Source of the DNA: Catajapyx aquilonaris
Lineage: Eukaryota
DNA: 64,000 bases
Direction: 5' to 3'
NCBI GenBank assembly: GCA_000934665.2
Contig: JYFJ02000741.1
Span: 1-64,000 of the forward strand
Part shown: positions 59,401-64,000 of the stretch, one piece after another
Layout of the letters: the number at the start of each line of letters is the position of its first letter
How positions within the stretch are numbered: position 1 is the stretch's first letter
The notes under the pieces: generated by a model
What the model was told of the DNA's origin: nothing
What the model saw: the letters and a program-made list of their open reading frames with translations, nothing else
The model's database searches: none
Made by a program: the position numbers and the translations under genes

Positions 59401-62192
59401 AATTTCGGCCAGGGCAAGCACTACATGTAATTAATTGTAGTGAAAGTATATCTTCTGTATAATAGTCACAGCTTTCCAGGTATGGCGTGGGAAGTTGTGG
59501 AGAAGCATGACCAGAATAATTACACTGTACAACGCTGTACACTATTCACTACTTCTAAACCCAGAAAAAGAAAGTGTACAATCTCAACTTCGAAAATAAT
59601 GTTTTTCGGCGTTAAACCAATGGTGTTTTGAAAGTATTTCGTTTGTCATCGTCACGAATTCATCCACTCATATCCAAAGTTACGAAACTTGAACTTGAGA
59701 CCTGGAGTTACTTTCCAGAAAGAAAACTAGCTTTCTTTTTAAACCTAAAAGTTATCCCAAACTTCCAGAAAGTTGGCTGTAATATTCTCCCTCTCCTTCG
59801 GATTTGATGGCGAACATTCAAGGCAAGAACCACCCCCCACCAAAATGACCTCATCTGGAATGCCCCCCTTTTCGATATAATTTTTTTTCTCCTTCAAATA
59901 CGAACTGAACTCGCTGTAATTATTTCCACAGTTAATTAGCGCAAAGTAAAGCAGGATGACATAGGTGTCTTTCCAAAGGCGTTCCTGGTGGAAAACAAAA
60001 GCATCGGGTGGTTTTCACCCCCCCCCCTTCACCCACCTCACCTCGCCTCCTATTGATCCCCACCCTCTTTTAGGGAAAGCGCGGGACTCATTTGAGCTAC
60101 ACTAAATTAGCAGAGGGTACAGCCGGCCTCATGACTCAGTGACCACTTTTACACATTTTCCGTCCAGAAACGCTTCCTCTTTTTTTTATTTCAAAGTCCT
60201 TTTTTTGAACTCCCTATGGGTGGTTACACATCAGATTAAGACTGCTTTGCAATTAAGCAAGGTGGGCTCAGCATGAGGGGGCGAGAGCATTTTCTTGTGT
60301 GCCTACCTCTAACTAGTTTTGAGATGCATTACTTCCATGAATTTTAACTGGCACTAGGAAGCTGCTCAAATTAGGTTCGAAATTAAATTAGTGCAAGCAA
60401 AGGTACGGGGAGTCGACGTTGAAGGTGATGACTGTATATTAATATTAAATGATGATGTTTTGATGTACTGTACGTTATGCACTCTGTGAACTAAAGCCTT
60501 AGTAGGCTTAATAATTAGCACCGTTCTTTGTGACACTGGAATTTGTCACGTTTCTGTGGGATTGGTTGTACTGTACAGTACATGAATATTACATATTAAA
60601 TAATATGGAATATTCTTATATAAATTAAGGGAAAATGTCCCATTACGTTCACAAAAGTGATCGGATATGTTCCTTTAATATTTGTGTTCATACACAATTA
60701 TTGCGTGGACATATAGGCTACTTGTAAAATATTGTGAAAAGCAATACCTTACTTTTCTCATTATTTCACAATGCATGGTTTTCATAGAAATTTTTTTTTA
60801 GCTCAATTACGGCAAAGTGTAATGTACAGCGTCATTTACTACGCCTTGAGCGAAGAGTGTCACGAGCAAAATTAATGGGGTGTGTCGCACAAAAATATTC
60901 ATGCGCATTAACATGAACAACATGTCATTTATGTACAGTTTCATACACAAATTGAAGGAAGTTTTTCCTCCCTCTGACCGCGCTAAAATATTGTGCAAGT
61001 CACTGACATTATGCCTGTAAGGCGCGGTTATTAAATTCCAGCTACCCTACATTTTATTGTTATTGGGAGTCCTTAAATCAGCGTAAGATTATTAAATGCT
61101 GCGGTATGGAATTTATGACCCAGTTAATTTCAATGTCAATCGACATTTTTCATTATCGCACTAAATGGCGATACACGCAATCCTTCTTAATCCCAGGCAA
61201 TCCATTTGGCTTATACGATGCATTGGAAACCTCCGCATTCAACAGGCCAGACTTGATCGAAATGGACAGACAGTTGCGGACAAGTTGCTCCCCCAAGCAA
61301 CGCAATCCGATGCTGTACCACGTTCATTCCCCCTGAATTGAATCTGACAACTCCCGACAAGATTTCGCGAAAAGCCTGACCAGGTGTTCATGTACTTGTC
61401 AATGTGACAACGGACCACAACTATCCATCATTCAGCTGTTTGGGTACTATTTGTACTACCTGTACTGTAGAAAACAATACGATCTCTGTGATACCCATTG
61501 TAGCCAACAGAATTTCCGAATAAACCCAAGAAATAAACCTGTTAATTTGAATATAATTTATATTGTGGTTATTGTGAGACTTAATGGTTTTCTAAGTGAA
61601 TGACTGAGACATTCAGGTGTCGGGGGGTGCTGAAGTCAGCGAATCCAAGTCCCCTTTTGTTTATAATTTTTCAACGAATCAAATTGGGTTTGGAAGCGGA
61701 GGAGCCATTGGGCCAGGGAAGGCCCGGATTGGGTGTGGGACACCTGACCCGGCGCAGACTCAGTCCGGGGATCGATCCGGAGAGATGCTGGGGAGAGAAT
61801 TCGCCAAGTCCGATCCGCCCCAACATTTGCCCGCGCGAACCAATTGCTGCCAAAAGGACGCCTAGGCTTTTCCCTTACCTTAAAACCCGTTTTTGGTCTT
61901 TCACCTGCTGTCAGGAAAAGAAAAGTTTTTTTCCCCCCTAACCTGTGACACCCTGTATCCAACCTCAGTGTCTTTTCAATCTGACCGCTTCTACACATCA
62001 ACTGCTCCTAGTTATTACCTGTTTAATGCAAAATGACGGCGCAATCTGGAGGAGGGAGGAGGTCAGCGTGACCCGGAGGTGTGTGACGTGACCCTTCCCA
62101 AAAAAATCAGCTGCTTTTTTTGGGGAGGGTTTGGGGGGTTGTTGGTGGACACCGGAAGGCAGCAGGTTCTTTGGTGGGCCTCTGCTGCCAAG

Positions 62193-62259
62193 ATGTGTGG
62201 ACGCCGATGTGAGGTCAGCTGCCTGCTGCTCCTTGCCATGGCACTCGCGATGCCAAAAG
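62193..62259 (+). CDS. Probable signal-peptide first coding exon of a downstream gene (MCGRRCEVSCLLLLAMALAMPK)
   Basis: GCCAAGATG start context, basic n-region and hydrophobic h-region, phase-1 donor AAG|GTAAAA. GC-rich sequence lies upstream (61.6-62.2 kb). Confidence 0.55.
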
Positions 62260-64000
62260 GTAAAAATTTGTAACCAATTTGCTACCTTTCATACTTTCAA
62301 AAAAATTTGTGTTGAGAGTGGGGTCGAGGAGGGGACGACTAGAGCATTTTTCATCGGGTTGAAGTGTTCGATAAGGTGAGGACAAAATGCATCATGGGTA
62401 GAAAATCTGAAGCCGTGTTTAACGTCAGAAAATTGGAAAGGTAATCAATCAGTGATCTGAAAATGATCGATTTCATGCTGGAACGTGGGTACAGCAATAT
62501 GAAAATAATGACACGAGTTAGATGGGAGGTTTGCTTTTAAAAGGCGTGAAATGATGTTTTGAAATTCACGTGTGATTAAAATAAATTGATGTTTTAATGA
62601 GCAGTTGGGCTTAGGGCATTTGTGGAGTGTTCTTGCCCGATGTTGATCCAGAGGAGTTCAATGTTTGGCCTGCCGTTCATTAAACCGCCTTATTAGGAGT
62701 AAGTGTTTTCGCACCGAGTTCTGACCACTTAGGAATGAAGAGACACCCCAAAAATGTTATGCACTTTAAAATGTCAGAGCACAAAAATAATATTTACATA
62801 ACTGCAGTGTTAATGAACATACCTGCACACGAAGGAATTATTTACTGCATGCGATTATGGTTTGCCTTGGTGAGAGTCGTGTCATTAATTTGCAGAGCGT
62901 TGGCACTATTTCTGCTAAACATTGTTAGTGTAATGTGATTTTGTGTCGTTGGCATAACAAAATTAAAGTCTGATTAACAGAATTAGTGATGCGGATTTTT
63001 TCCATGAATATTACCGGAACTGGTTGGAGTCAGGGCTACATTTCCATTGCAAAACTTAGTTTTCTTTTTTTTCCCATCGAACCGTAAAAAACATCTCATT
63101 TACACATTCTCACGTTGTCAGTTCATATTTAAGTGACCAAGTTCATCAATATTCACAATTTTAGGCCATGCAAAACCGTATTTTGTAGTGTGTTTTACCT
63201 ATACGCTTAAAAATGCCAGCCTTGAATTTTTTTTGCAGATGACTATTCATGAGGCATTAGAGTGACTGAAACCCTCGTAAAATTCTGCGTAGGTTAACTT
63301 TTTGACTTGATAATGAGATTTCCTTCCCTGTTCCATTTATTAAACCTGACGCAAATTTTTTTTACTCCCTATGTGGCATAACGTGTGATGCCATTTAACT
63401 CGAATCTCTGAGGCCTTGTTGGATCTGCTAATTCAGCAAATCCTCTTGAAGCAGGCAACCCGCACTATTTCACTGTCAGGAAGTGGCACAACCCTCACAC
63501 TTCATTGCAAGTATGCCGATATGTCAAAGTTTTTTTGACAACAAACTCATACTCGGGCTGTCTGCCGATTCTGAAGAATCGTCTTGGGATGGTCGTCACT
63601 CGAATGATTTCCTCTGGGATTGAATATGACCAGAACTTTTTTTTTCTCCTTCTCCTTTTTCCCTGTATCCCCTTGTCAGTGGCTGTCTCTCCAGTAGTTC
63701 CTATTTCACTATGTCCCGTCGGCATCCACATTTTTTCGCCTTGATAACAAAACTGCCTGAGAGGTGAAGAAGAAAAAAAAGTCGACTACGAAACACAGGG
63801 GCAAATGTTGACTCTAGAAGATCCGAAAAGAGGTCCTCTGGGGGGGAGGAAAATGTGAATGCTTTCTAAAAAGAGTCTCGGGGTGAGAATCTAGTATAGA
63901 AGAAGAGTAGGAAGTGCCTGCACCTCTTCCCCATGTAAACATTGGGTTTGGCCCATTTCCAAACTCAGAAGCCTTTCCAGCCAGTGTGTCGCAAATCCTA

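Noticed and set aside
63680..63744. Strong polypyrimidine acceptor as exon 2 of the 62193 gene
   Set aside because: Joining gives only a 43-aa product ending in a stop, with no recognisable features; unsupported.
1..64000. Prokaryotic-type systems (CRISPR arrays, operons, defence islands), rRNA or tRNA genes, autonomous transposase or RT ORFs
   Set aside because: None seen; the sequence is intron-rich animal DNA with no long ORFs outside PDE8.

Overview
Eukaryotic (animal, probably invertebrate) genomic DNA with GT-AG introns. The main feature is a complete plus-strand cAMP phosphodiesterase 8 (PDE8) gene. I reconstructed it by hand as 17 coding exons from ATG 7674 to TAA 30575: 2517 nt, about 838 aa, with splice phases consistent throughout. 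It has an MGC N-terminus followed by REC, PAS and HD-type catalytic domains. There are candidate alternative first exons at 15899 and 22194, a possible internal promoter in intron 9, and four perfect CRE palindromes in the locus. Upstream (1581-2045) is an unrecognised ORF for a secreted, acidic, prohormone-like protein ending in overlapping tachykinin-like motifs (FLGFRGFRGLMRR); this is the most novel-looking item. The region 31-62 kb appears non-coding and carries a pogo/Tigger-like MITE, a related mini-copy, and a hAT MITE with a perfect 8-bp TSD. A probable signal-peptide first exon of another gene lies at 62193-62259. All calls were made by eye; no database search was run.
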